Assembly (NCBI GenBank): GCA_937871165.1
Contig: CALMXK010000149.1
Location: forward strand, 1-54,745
Reading direction: 5' to 3'
Source of the DNA: an uncultured Actinomycetes bacterium
GTDB lineage: Bacteria; Actinomycetota; Thermoleophilia; Miltoncostaeales; Miltoncostaeaceae
DNA: 54,745 nucleotides
The notes beneath the pieces were generated by a model, which saw only the letters and a program-made list of their open reading frames with translations, had not been told where the DNA came from and did not search any database. A program made the position numbers and the translations under genes. Shown one piece after another: positions 19,519 through 32,458 of the stretch; within the stretch, counting starts at the first letter, position 1, and each line of letters begins with the position of its first letter.

Positions 19519-20565
19519 CTAGGCCTTAAGCACGACTTTCAGCGCCTCTTCCTTTGCGGCATCGGCAAACACATCCCATGCGTGATCGATGTCGTTGAGC
19601 GCGAACGTGTGCGTTCCCATCTTCTGCGACGGGATTCGGCCGGAGCGCACCATCTTCAACAGCGTCGCCGTCGAGGTTGCATCAACCAGACCCATGGTGA
19701 TGGTCAGGTTCTGAATCCACAACGCCTCCATCGGGAACTCCACCGGCACGCCATGAACGCCGACGTTTGCGACCCGTCCGCGTGGGCGCACCAGTGAGAT
19801 CGCCGTCTGGAGCGTTTCTGGATACCCGACAGCCTCGATCGCGACGTCGACGCCAAGGCCGTCGGTCAATGCCATGACCTTGTCGCGACAGTTATCGTCG
19901 GCAACGACCGTGTCGGTGGCGCCGAACTCGAGCGCCTTCTTCAGCCGAAACTCGTTCGTGTCGATCCCGATGACGCGCGACGCGCCGAACAGGCCGGTTG
20001 TCAAAATCGACGCGAGACCCACGGCGCCGGTTCCGACCACGGCAACGACATCGCCAGGCTTGACACCGCCGGCAAGCACCCCGACCTCGTACCCCGTTGG
20101 AAGGGAGTCAGACAGGAACACGGCCTGCTCGTCTGTTACGCCTTCAGGCACGTGATGCAGTGAGAAGTCGGCATGCGGTATGCGCACGGCTTCTGCGAGC
20201 GTGCCGTCGATGCGGTGGCCGAGCAGCCACCCGATCCCGGCGTCATTCGATTGGCAGTGGTCCGGAAAGCCGGATTGGCAGAACTGGCACGATCCGCATT
20301 TGGTGATGCAGGAGATGATGACGCGGTCACCCTTCTTGAAGTTGGTGACCCCACTACCAACCTCCGCGACCGTTCCGACCCCTTCATGACCGATGATGCG
20401 CCCTGCATCAACGGACGCCACGTCGCCATGAAGGATGTGGAGATCCGTTCCACAGATCGTCGTCGTATCGATCGTGACGATGGCATCGGTCGCGTCAATG
20501 ACCTTCGGGTCGGGGACGTCCTCCCAGGCCTTCTTGCCGGGACCGTGGTAAACGAGAGCTTTCAT
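19519..20565 (-). CDS. zinc-dependent NAD(P) alcohol dehydrogenase (MDR family)
   Basis: MKALVYHGPGKKAWEDVPDP ... ICGTDLHILHG ... GHEGVG ... structural-Zn cysteines CITKCGSCQFCQSG ... Rossmann motif VAVVGTGAVG. GAGGAGG Shine-Dalgarno. Confidence 0.85.
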   Translation of the reverse strand: MKALVYHGPGKKAWEDVPDPKVIDATDAIVTIDTTTICGTDLHILHGDVASVDAGRIIGHEGVGTVAEVGSGVTNFKKGDRVIISCITKCGSCQFCQSGFPDHCQSNDAGIGWLLGHRIDGTLAEAVRIPHADFSLHHVPEGVTDEQAVFLSDSLPTGYEVGVLAGGVKPGDVVAVVGTGAVGLASILTTGLFGASRVIGIDTNEFRLKKALEFGATDTVVADDNCRDKVMALTDGLGVDVAIEAVGYPETLQTAISLVRPRGRVANVGVHGVPVEFPMEALWIQNLTITMGLVDATSTATLLKMVRSGRIPSQKMGTHTFALNDIDHAWDVFADAAKEEALKVVLKA

Positions 20566-20883
20566 CGCAGCCTCCTCAATTCGATGTCGGACTCGTAGTG
20601 GGCACGCCTGAGACGAGAACTGAATGTTCTGAATCGGGACCCGCCTTTACCGTACGCCTGGCGGGAACCGACCGCTCGCACAGCGGGTTGGCGGGCGCCC
20701 GGAGGCGCTGACAACCAACCCTGCCGTGCGTCACTTTTTGCCTGCAAATCGCCGTAGTGCTCGCGATCTCACGTGGTTCTCGTCCGAGGCCGACCTGACC
20801 GCGATCGGGTGAAAATTACGTCCAGCGTTGGCGGAGCGCGGCGCGCCGCGAAGCGCGACGCACCACGGTGCGCTTTGGTGAAT

Positions 20884-20938
20884 GCGCTTCAAATTGCCAA
20901 GTGGCACTCGACGAACGCCGAGTGGCAATTTGAAGCGC
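20884..20938. repeat. family A-related long palindrome (GCGCTTCAAATTGCCA ... TGGCAATTTGAAGCGC enclosing TGGCACTCG)
   Basis: Perfect 16-bp outer arms seen directly. The inner core shares TGGCACTCG / GAGTGGCAA with family A. It ends 31 nt upstream of the YcaQ/AlkZ-like start. Confidence 0.7.
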
Positions 20939-20969
20939 CGAGTCCATCGGAGATCGTTACCGTACGCCC

Positions 20970-22100
20970 ATGGCCGGAACATTCCTGACAGGTCCGCAGA
21001 TCGCCGCACTGCGTCTCCAAACCCTTGGCATCGTCGCTGGCGAAGCGCGCACGCCAGTCGATGTCGTGCGCCACCTCTTGGCGCTGCAGGCGCAGGACTT
21101 CACTGCATCACGCTGGGTGATCGGCTGTCGAGCGGATGGTGCCGACGAACAGGCGATCTTCGACGCATTCGACTCCGGACAGATCGTTCGGTCCTGGCCG
21201 ATGCGCGGAACTGTGCATGTCACCATGGCGGAAGACATGCCCTGGATGCTTGATCTGGCGGGTGTTCGTACGCTCAGCCCTTCGACGCTTCGGCGGCGGT
21301 GGCAGTCTCTTGGAATCGACGAGGCACGGCTGGAACGTTCGCGGGAGATCGCCGTCGAACTCCTTCGCGGAGGTCGGTCGGCCACACGACCAGAGTTCAC
21401 CCAGACGCTCATTGACGCCGGAATCGAGACGTCGGGTTCAACCGCCTACCACACGGTCTGGTACCTGTCTCAGACCAAGACCCTCGTCCACGGGCCAACC
21501 AGAGACGGTGAGCCGACTCTTGTGTTGCTTGACGAGTGGATTCCATCTCCGCGTGTTCTTGGACGTGACGATGCCCTTCGTGAGCTTGTGACGCGGTACC
21601 TCGGCTCGCACGGTCCGGCAACCGTCGAGGACATCGTCTGGTGGTCGGGACTCACCAAAGGCGATATTCGCCGTGGGATCGAGGCCGCTGGTGAGGAACT
21701 CGTCCCGGTGACGCATGCGACAACCGGTGCTGCGCTCTTGATGACCGCCGAGGCGCGTGATCGATATGACCCAGATCCGAAGTTGGTCGCACGTCAGGCC
21801 TTTGCGCTCACCGCATTCGACGAGCATCTTCTCGGCTTTGCCAATCGGGATGACGTGCTCGATCGAGCCCTTGCGCCGGCCATCGACCCCGCTCGAAACG
21901 GGATGTTCCGTCCAACGATCGTTCACGGGGGACGGGTCGTGGCAACGTGGAAAGCCACCCGCCGCGCACGAGGGATGCAGGTTGACGTGACAGCGCTAAC
22001 CCCTCTGTCCGCCGCAGCGTTGAAAAGAGCGACGGCAGCGCTTGACCGCTGGAGCACCTTTCGTGGGCAGGAACTCCTTGCGGTAAAACTTGTGAGCTGA
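20970..22100 (+). CDS. winged-helix DNA-binding domain protein, YcaQ/AlkZ-like (DUF1006) putative DNA glycosylase
   Basis: LRLQTLGI...ARTPVDVVRHLLALQAQDFTASRW ... IVRSWPMRGTVHV ... is characteristic of the YcaQ/AlkZ family. Confidence 0.7.
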   Translation: MAGTFLTGPQIAALRLQTLGIVAGEARTPVDVVRHLLALQAQDFTASRWVIGCRADGADEQAIFDAFDSGQIVRSWPMRGTVHVTMAEDMPWMLDLAGVRTLSPSTLRRRWQSLGIDEARLERSREIAVELLRGGRSATRPEFTQTLIDAGIETSGSTAYHTVWYLSQTKTLVHGPTRDGEPTLVLLDEWIPSPRVLGRDDALRELVTRYLGSHGPATVEDIVWWSGLTKGDIRRGIEAAGEELVPVTHATTGAALLMTAEARDRYDPDPKLVARQAFALTAFDEHLLGFANRDDVLDRALAPAIDPARNGMFRPTIVHGGRVVATWKATRRARGMQVDVTALTPLSAAALKRATAALDRWSTFRGQELLAVKLVS

Positions 22101-22182
22101 ACGCCGTTCATTGCGAGCGCCAAAGCGCCGAGTGCAGAGCGATGCAGCTCAGCGGCCCCCGTTCACCTCGGGGTTGAATTTG

Positions 22183-22211
22183 CCATTTGGCACTCGCGGA
22201 GTGCCAAATGG
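22183..22211. repeat. intergenic palindrome, family A (CCATTTGGCACTC-gcg-GAGTGCCAAATGG)
   Basis: Perfect 13-bp arms identical to the 14832 copy, with a different 3-nt loop. Confidence 0.85.
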
Positions 22212-22327
22212 AGTTAGACCCGCCAGCACCCGTCCGCGGCCGAGTGGGCGGCAGGAGTGCATCCCGCATCTGGCATCCGTAGAGCTTCCTGAGAAGCCTT
22301 GTCCTGCCACAGGGGATCGGTAAGGGT

Positions 22328-23215
22328 GTGCCAACCCCCGACCGAAGGACGCCTCCCTTGTCACACGACGACGATCACGCACCAGACGGTGGGCTCCGCC
22401 TTGACCTGAACGCCACGTTCCACCGACGTCGCGCACTGCAGATGTTGGTCGGCGCCGGGGCGGTGGCGCTGCTTGGCGTCGGATGTGGCGAGGGCGAAAC
22501 GGCCGGCACAGCCGCCACCACCGCCGCCACGGGCACCGCATCCACGACCGGCTCCACGACCGACGCCACCACAAGCGACGCCGCCTGCAGCGACACCATC
22601 CCGCAAGAGACCGCCGGCCCCTACCCGGGAGACGGGTCCAACGGACCGAACGTGCTGAACCAGGACGGCGTCGTACGCAGCGACATCCGCTCAAGCTTCG
22701 GCGGCATGAGCGGCACGGCTGAGGGTGTCGCGCTGACCGTCGTACTCGAACTTCTCGACGCCAACGACGGATGCACGCCGCTCACCGGAGCCGCGCTCTA
22801 CCTGTGGCACTGCGACCGCGACGGCGGTTACTCCCTCTACTCCTCGGGCCTTGAGGATCAGAACTACCTGCGCGGCATGCAGGTCGCCAGCAGCGACGGC
22901 ACCGTCACGTTCTCCACGATCTTCCCCGGCTGCTACCCGGGACGCTGGCCACACATGCACTTCGAGGTCTACGCAAGCGAGGCGGACGCCGCCGGTGGAG
23001 GACAGCCGGCCGCCACATCCCAGCTCGCGCTCCCAAAAGCCTTCTGCGAAACGATTTACGCGCGGTCGGAGTACGGAAGTAGCGCCGGCAACCTTGCCCA
23101 GCTGTCACTGCAAACCGACAACGTGTTCGCCGATGATGGCGCCGTCCACCAGATCCCGCGAATGTCGGGTACTGCCGGGTCCGGGCTGACCGCTCGCCTC
23201 ACCGTGCCGGTGTAA
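22328..23215 (+). CDS. secreted (Tat/lipobox-like) intradiol-dioxygenase-fold protein
   Basis: Twin-arginine HRRRALQMLVGAGAVALLGVGCG, a Thr/Ala-rich linker, then ETAGPYPGDGSNGPNV ... LYLWHCDRDGGYS ... FPGCYPGRWPHMHFEV, typical of the dioxygenase-like superfamily. Confidence 0.7.
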   Translation: MPTPDRRTPPLSHDDDHAPDGGLRLDLNATFHRRRALQMLVGAGAVALLGVGCGEGETAGTAATTAATGTASTTGSTTDATTSDAACSDTIPQETAGPYPGDGSNGPNVLNQDGVVRSDIRSSFGGMSGTAEGVALTVVLELLDANDGCTPLTGAALYLWHCDRDGGYSLYSSGLEDQNYLRGMQVASSDGTVTFSTIFPGCYPGRWPHMHFEVYASEADAAGGGQPAATSQLALPKAFCETIYARSEYGSSAGNLAQLSLQTDNVFADDGAVHQIPRMSGTAGSGLTARLTVPV

Positions 23216-23487
23216 TAGCCCTGGCCTCGGTGATGCGGTGAGACCGCGTGGCGAGGAGCATCAGTCCGCTGATCCGACGGGCCGATGACAGGCCGTCCAT
23301 CCGATTCGGTGTCCGGTCCTGCCAGGTCCGGACCGATTCCCGCCGGAGCGCACCCGCGGCTGCCACGAGGCAGCTCAGGTACGAGTGCGGGCCAAGGTTG
23401 GCGCCGGACGCTCGCCGTCTCGCACCATGACGTGCGGCGCGGTTGAACGCACGACCATTCGGCCGGCGTTCAACCGATCGCGACGAG

Positions 23488-24951
23488 CTAGCGGATCGGC
23501 GCGGAGGTGGGGGTGACCGGCGACGGCAGCTGCGTGTCACCCATCAAGGCGCGGTCAACAGCGGCGGCGCACGCCCGCCCTTCGCTGATGGCCCACACGA
23601 TCAGGCTCTGGCCACGGCCCATGTCGCCACAGACGTAGACGTTGCCCTTCGACGTTGCCCACTCGGCGTCACGCTTGACGTTGCCGCGTTCGTCGAGATC
23701 CACACCCAACTGGGTGAGCATGCCCTCGCGCTCCGGGCCGACAAAGCCCATGGCAAGGAACACCAGCTCGCACGGGATTTCCTTCTCCGAGCCCTCGACC
23801 GGGGTGAACGTCATCCGGCCATCGATCGTTTCCATCTTCACGTCGATCGTGCGAATGCCGGTCAGGTTGCCCGTCTCGTCGCCGACGAACTCGGTGGTGG
23901 AGATGGCGTAGACCTGCTCCACACCTTCCTCATGTGCCGATGAGGTCAGGTGCATCAACGGCCACGTCGGCCATGGCGTCGACTCCGCACGAGTGGCGGG
24001 CGGCTTCGGCATGATCTCGAGCTGCGTCACGTTGACCGCACCCTGACGGTTTGCCGTACCCAGGCAGTCGGCGCCGGTGTCGCCGCCACCGATGATGACC
24101 ACCCGCTTGCCGTACGCGTCGATCGGATGGGCGGCCAGGTCGCCGGACTGCACCTGGTTGGACAGCGGCAGGTACTCCATCGCCTGGTGAATGCCCTTGA
24201 GCTCACGGCCCGGCATCGGCAGATCCCGCCACGCCGTGGCGCCACCCGCGAGCACGATGGCGTCGAAGTCGCGCTCAAGTTCTTCAACCGAGACGTTCAC
24301 GCCGACGTTTGCGTTGGTTCGAAACTGTGTGCCCTCGGCCTCCATCTGTTCAAGACGGCGGTCGATGACCCACTTCTCCATCTTGAAGTCCGGGATGCCG
24401 TAGCGAAGCAGGCCGCCGATCTTGTCGGCACGCTCGAACACCACGACCTCATGACCGGCACGCGTCAGCTGCTGCGCCGCGGCCAGTCCCGCCGGGCCGG
24501 AGCCGACAACCGCGACACGCTTTCCGGTGGAGACCGACGGCACCACTGGCGGCAGCATGCCCTCGTCCCAACCGCGCTCGGCGATCGAGACCTCGACCTG
24601 CTTGATCGTGACGGCAGGCTGGTTGATGCCGAGCACACACGCGGCCTCGCACGGGGCGGGGCAAAGGCGGCCGGTGAACTCCGGGAAGTTGTTCGTGGCA
24701 TGGAGCCGGTCGACCGCCTCGGACCACCGACCGCGGAACACCAGGTCGTTCCAGTCCGGGATGATGTTGCCGAGCGGGCAGCCCATGTTGCAAAACGGGA
24801 TGCCGCAGTCCATGCATCGTGATGCCTGGGTGCGCAGCTTGTGCGTCGGAAACGGCTTGTACACCTCATGCCAGTCACGCAGGCGCTCCGGCACGGGCCG
24901 CCGGGTGGGCAGCTCGCGGGTGTGCTTCAGAAAACCGGTCTGATCTCCCAT
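23488..24951 (-). CDS. gltD: glutamate synthase (NADPH) small subunit
   Basis: Fe-S cysteines (RCMDCGIPFC, CPLGN, CPAPCE) and VAVVGSGPAGLAAAQQLTRAGH. Located immediately downstream of gltB. Confidence 0.9.
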   Translation of the reverse strand: MGDQTGFLKHTRELPTRRPVPERLRDWHEVYKPFPTHKLRTQASRCMDCGIPFCNMGCPLGNIIPDWNDLVFRGRWSEAVDRLHATNNFPEFTGRLCPAPCEAACVLGINQPAVTIKQVEVSIAERGWDEGMLPPVVPSVSTGKRVAVVGSGPAGLAAAQQLTRAGHEVVVFERADKIGGLLRYGIPDFKMEKWVIDRRLEQMEAEGTQFRTNANVGVNVSVEELERDFDAIVLAGGATAWRDLPMPGRELKGIHQAMEYLPLSNQVQSGDLAAHPIDAYGKRVVIIGGGDTGADCLGTANRQGAVNVTQLEIMPKPPATRAESTPWPTWPLMHLTSSAHEEGVEQVYAISTTEFVGDETGNLTGIRTIDVKMETIDGRMTFTPVEGSEKEIPCELVFLAMGFVGPEREGMLTQLGVDLDERGNVKRDAEWATSKGNVYVCGDMGRGQSLIVWAISEGRACAAAVDRALMGDTQLPSPVTPTSAPIR

Positions 24952-24961
24952 TCGTTCCCTC

Positions 24962-29518
<4,557 letters not shown>

Positions 29519-29738
29519 GGCGGAACGGTAAAGGCTACCGTCTGGGCCGCCAACGAGCCTTAACAGGCCGGTTCAAGGATGGAATGTGCGGGGATTTTCC
29601 CTGCACCTGGCCAAATCGGTCCGAATTATCGCACTCCCGCGCCGTTCGTGTGGTGGACCGATGCACCGGGATTCGGGGGTGTTTGCCTGCCACACGGCCA
29701 ATCGGGTCGGCGGCCCTGGTTTGGCGGGGCGTGCGAGC

Positions 29739-31313
29739 ATGCGTCCCATGGCCAACCTGCTGGCTGACAACCCCCTGCTGGTGCTGTTCATCTGTCTGGC
29801 GATCGGAAGTGCTGCCGGAAGCATCCGCGTCGGTGGACTCACGCTCGGGCCGGCCGCCGTGCTGTTTGCCGCGCTCGCGCTCTCCGCATGGGATGAGCGT
29901 CTGGCGCTCCCAGGGGAGGTCGGGTCGCTCGGGCTCGCCATCTTCGCCTACTGCATCGGTGTCGCAAGCGGGCCCGCGTTCTTCGGCTCACTGCGCCACA
30001 ACGTCCCAATTGCGACCGGTGTGGTCATCATCGTTGCCGGAAGCGCCGTCGCGGCGGCCCTGATCGGAAGTGCCCTTGGGCTGTCGCGTGCCGTGAGCGC
30101 AGGGGTGTTCGCCGGTGGGCTGACCAACACCCCTGCGCTTGCCGCCGCGTCGGAGCGCATCGGTGAGGCGGCGGGCCCGACCGTCGGATACTCGGTCACG
30201 TATCTCGGCGGAGTCATTGTGATGCTGGGTCTTGCCGCATGGGCGCTTCGCCGACCGAACGATGATGCGGAAGTTGCCGAGACACCGCCACTGGTGGCCA
30301 AGACGCTCAAGGTCACCCGGGACGGGCTGCCGACGCTCGGCGACTTGGCGGTGGCGGCAGATCGGCCGGTCGTGTTCTCGCGCATCAAGCATGGTGAGCA
30401 CATCGAGGTGCCACGCGACGATATGACCGTTCATGCGGGCGATCTGGTCGCGGCGGTGGGGCGGGCCGACGACGTGGCACGGATCTCAGACATGGTCGGC
30501 GGCGTCGCCGACGAAAGTTTGACACTGGACCGGCGTTCGCTGGACATGCGCCGCATCGCCCTGTCCAAACGACGCCTTTCCGGGCGGACTGTGGCGGAAC
30601 TCGGGCTCGAGCGATTCGGCGCGCGCGCCACACGTGTGCGGCGTGGTGACGTCGATCTGATGGCACTGCCGGACATGCTGGTGCACCAGGGCGACCGGAT
30701 CCGCGTCATCGCTCCGCGCGACCGGCTGTCGGAAGTGGCCCGTCACCTCGGTGACAGTGAGCGCGGGCCCGGTGACCTCAATCCCATCGGCTTGTCCATC
30801 GGTCTCGCAGTCGGCGTGTTGATTGGCTTGATTCCGATTCCGGCGCCGGGTGGGTCGATCAGCATGGGCGCAGCCGCGGGGCCGCTCATCGCCGGGCTCG
30901 TTCTCGGGCGTGTGGCGCGGAGCGGTCCGATCGTCTGGTCGTTGCCGTACACGGCATCCCAGCTGTTGCAGCAGCTGGGGATCCTGATCTTCCTTGCGGT
31001 GGCAGGGTCGCGGGCTGGCGGGGGATTCGTGGATGCGCTCAGCGGTGACCAGGGCATCCGAATTCTCGTCGCCGGACTGTGTGTCACGGTGCTCTTTGCC
31101 GCAGCGCTGCTGGTTCTGGCGCGGTTGGTCAAGATGGACGGGCCGCCGCTTGCGGGCATGATCGCCGGCGCCCAAACCCAGCCGGCGGTTCTCGCGTTTG
31201 CAAAGGAGCGGACGGGTGGCAGTCACCGGGTGGAGCTCGCGTACGCGGTGATCGTGCCGGCGGCCATGATCGCGAAGATTGTCGCGGCGACCCTGCTCGT
31301 GGGTGTCGGGTAG
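29739..31313 (+). CDS. AspT/YidE/YbjL-family transporter with two central RCK_C (TrkA-C) domains
   Basis: Duplicated multi-helix membrane halves separated by two TrkA-C-like segments (RIKHGEHIEVPRDDMTVHAGDLVAAVG; VRRGDVDLMALPDMLVHQGDRIRVIAP). I chose the start MRPMANLL; the maximal ORF starts at 29586. Confidence 0.75.
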   Translation: MRPMANLLADNPLLVLFICLAIGSAAGSIRVGGLTLGPAAVLFAALALSAWDERLALPGEVGSLGLAIFAYCIGVASGPAFFGSLRHNVPIATGVVIIVAGSAVAAALIGSALGLSRAVSAGVFAGGLTNTPALAAASERIGEAAGPTVGYSVTYLGGVIVMLGLAAWALRRPNDDAEVAETPPLVAKTLKVTRDGLPTLGDLAVAADRPVVFSRIKHGEHIEVPRDDMTVHAGDLVAAVGRADDVARISDMVGGVADESLTLDRRSLDMRRIALSKRRLSGRTVAELGLERFGARATRVRRGDVDLMALPDMLVHQGDRIRVIAPRDRLSEVARHLGDSERGPGDLNPIGLSIGLAVGVLIGLIPIPAPGGSISMGAAAGPLIAGLVLGRVARSGPIVWSLPYTASQLLQQLGILIFLAVAGSRAGGGFVDALSGDQGIRILVAGLCVTVLFAAALLVLARLVKMDGPPLAGMIAGAQTQPAVLAFAKERTGGSHRVELAYAVIVPAAMIAKIVAATLLVGVG

Positions 31314-31392
31314 CCGACTCTCTGGGAGCAACCTGACGGCGTTGGCGCGTGATCCGATCGTCCGTCGGGGGTGGTTCGATACCCTTCCGGGA

Positions 31393-31698
31393 ATGGGGAC
31401 CGTCGCACCAGTACGCCCGCCGTCAGAGAAGAAGCAGACCGACGGGCCGGGGTCCAGCGGCGCGGGCGGAAACCCGGTGAGCGTGATCGTCATGAATGAC
31501 AACCACAACACGTTCGAGGGTGTCGCGGCCGCGCTTGCCGACTACATCCCGGGCGTGGACTACGTCAAAGGGATGGCGCTTGCCACACGGATCCACAAGT
31601 CCGGGCAGGCCACCGTGTGGCGGGGTGACTTCGAACGGGCCGAGCTCTACTGGGAGCAGCTGAAGGGCCGTGGTTTGACGATGGCGCCGCTGAAGTAG
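31393..31698 (+). CDS. clpS: ATP-dependent Clp protease adaptor ClpS
   Basis: VIVMNDNHNTFEGVAAALADYIPG...ALATRIHKSGQATVWRGDFERAELYWEQL matches the ClpS core. The ATG at 31393 avoids overlap with the upstream transporter. Confidence 0.8.
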   Translation: MGTVAPVRPPSEKKQTDGPGSSGAGGNPVSVIVMNDNHNTFEGVAAALADYIPGVDYVKGMALATRIHKSGQATVWRGDFERAELYWEQLKGRGLTMAPLK

Positions 31699-31726
31699 GC
31701 AAATTGCCGTGATTTGCAGGACGTCT

Positions 31727-31765
31727 AGTTAACCGTTCTGGTGTCAGACACCAGAACGGTTAACT
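31727..31765. repeat. 39-bp perfect palindrome, family B (AGTTAACCGTTCTGGTGTC-A-GACACCAGAACGGTTAACT)
   Basis: 19-bp arms seen directly. It lies 28 nt after the clpS stop and 37 nt after the stop of the minus-strand gene 31803..32351, and is preceded by GATTTGCAGGA. Confidence 0.9.
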
Positions 31766-31802
31766 GCTGTCGTCCGCGGCCGTGTCGGGCCGGTGCTTCT
31801 CG

Positions 31803-32351
31803 CTACGCCCGAACTTCGGCGCACGTGGCGCACGTCGTGGCATGGTCGCCGGTGTTGCTCATGCCACAGATCGCACATGCGGTCCAGAATTGCTCGTCCG
31901 GTTCGCAGCTTCGCATCGGCTCACGGGTCCCTCGCTGGAGGCCTTCCGTTTCAGCGGGCTCGATACGAGGCCCTGCGGCGCCGATCAGGAACAGCTGCAG
32001 CCCGATTCCGGCGAGCGGCATCCCGAGGAGCCCAAGGGCCCTGCGTTGGGTGTCGGAGGAGTCCGGAAACGCGGAGTTGTCGGCCCACCCAAGGCTGAGG
32101 AAGCGATAGAAGAGCGCGGCGCCGGCGACCATGACGACGACTCCGAGTATGCGGAGTCCCCAGCGTGTTGCGACCTGTTTGGGAGGGTGGAAACCTGGCT
32201 TCATAACCGTCATGTGGCACCTGCTGGTAGCGCTTCCATGAGCACGATACGCCTCTTGATTCCGTTCACAAAAGATCGGCGGATAAAAGTTTTGTATCGG
32301 CGGATCAGCATGCTGCGCGGGCGATGCGCGCGGGGTGAGGTTCTCTCGCAT
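31803..32351 (-). CDS. hypothetical membrane protein with C-terminal CxxC-x11-CxxC zinc-ribbon
   Basis: Two hydrophobic helices (LRILGVVVMVAGAALFYRFL; LLGMPLAGIGLQLFLIGAAG) and C-terminal CAICGMSNTGDHATTCATC. Start uncertain (32351, 32213 or 32204). Confidence 0.45.
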   Translation of the reverse strand: MRENLTPRASPAQHADPPIQNFYPPIFCERNQEAYRAHGSATSRCHMTVMKPGFHPPKQVATRWGLRILGVVVMVAGAALFYRFLSLGWADNSAFPDSSDTQRRALGLLGMPLAGIGLQLFLIGAAGPRIEPAETEGLQRGTREPMRSCEPDEQFWTACAICGMSNTGDHATTCATCAEVRA

Positions 32352-32384
32352 GGCGGTCAGTTTCTGGCGATTTGCAGGAGGAAT

Positions 32385-32423
32385 AGTTAACCGTTTCGGT
32401 GTCAGACACCAGAACGGTTAACT
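32385..32423. repeat. 39-bp palindrome, family B, second copy (2 mismatches in the left arm)
   Basis: AGTTAACCGTTtcGGTGTCAGACACCAGAACGGTTAACT, again preceded by GATTTGCAGGA. It lies 35 nt after the stop of the lipoate-ligase-like gene. Confidence 0.9.
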
Positions 32424-32458
32424 GTCGCGCCGCCGACGACGGCCACCGTGGCCTCGCC

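Noticed and set aside
20616-20630. AGAAC-tgaat-GTTCT palindrome about 50 nt upstream of the Zn-ADH start, reminiscent of the Gram-positive/actinobacterial LexA box (GAAC-N4-GTTC).
   Set aside because: The spacer is 5 nt rather than 4 and the flanking TC/GA positions are not conserved. A 5-bp arm palindrome is easily a chance event. It is at most a weak operator candidate.
20566-20969. 400-bp ADH/AlkZ-like intergenic region and its small ORFs (20731..21009 -, 20773..20988 +, 20882..21253 +), considered as hidden genes.
   Set aside because: The ORF translations are Arg-rich with no motifs. They are largely generated by the palindromic repeat, which gives mirror-image peptides on both strands. 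The region is better explained as a divergent promoter region plus a repeat element.
23441-23475. Hairpin GGTTGAACGC-15 nt-GCGTTCAACC, 13 nt downstream of the gltD stop in the 272-bp convergent spacer. The spacer was also inspected for a small RNA or riboswitch.
   Set aside because: It is a plausible I-shaped terminator, but there is no T tract and no motif of any RNA family I can recognise (6C, 6S and riboswitch cores are absent). The evidence is insufficient to call a feature.
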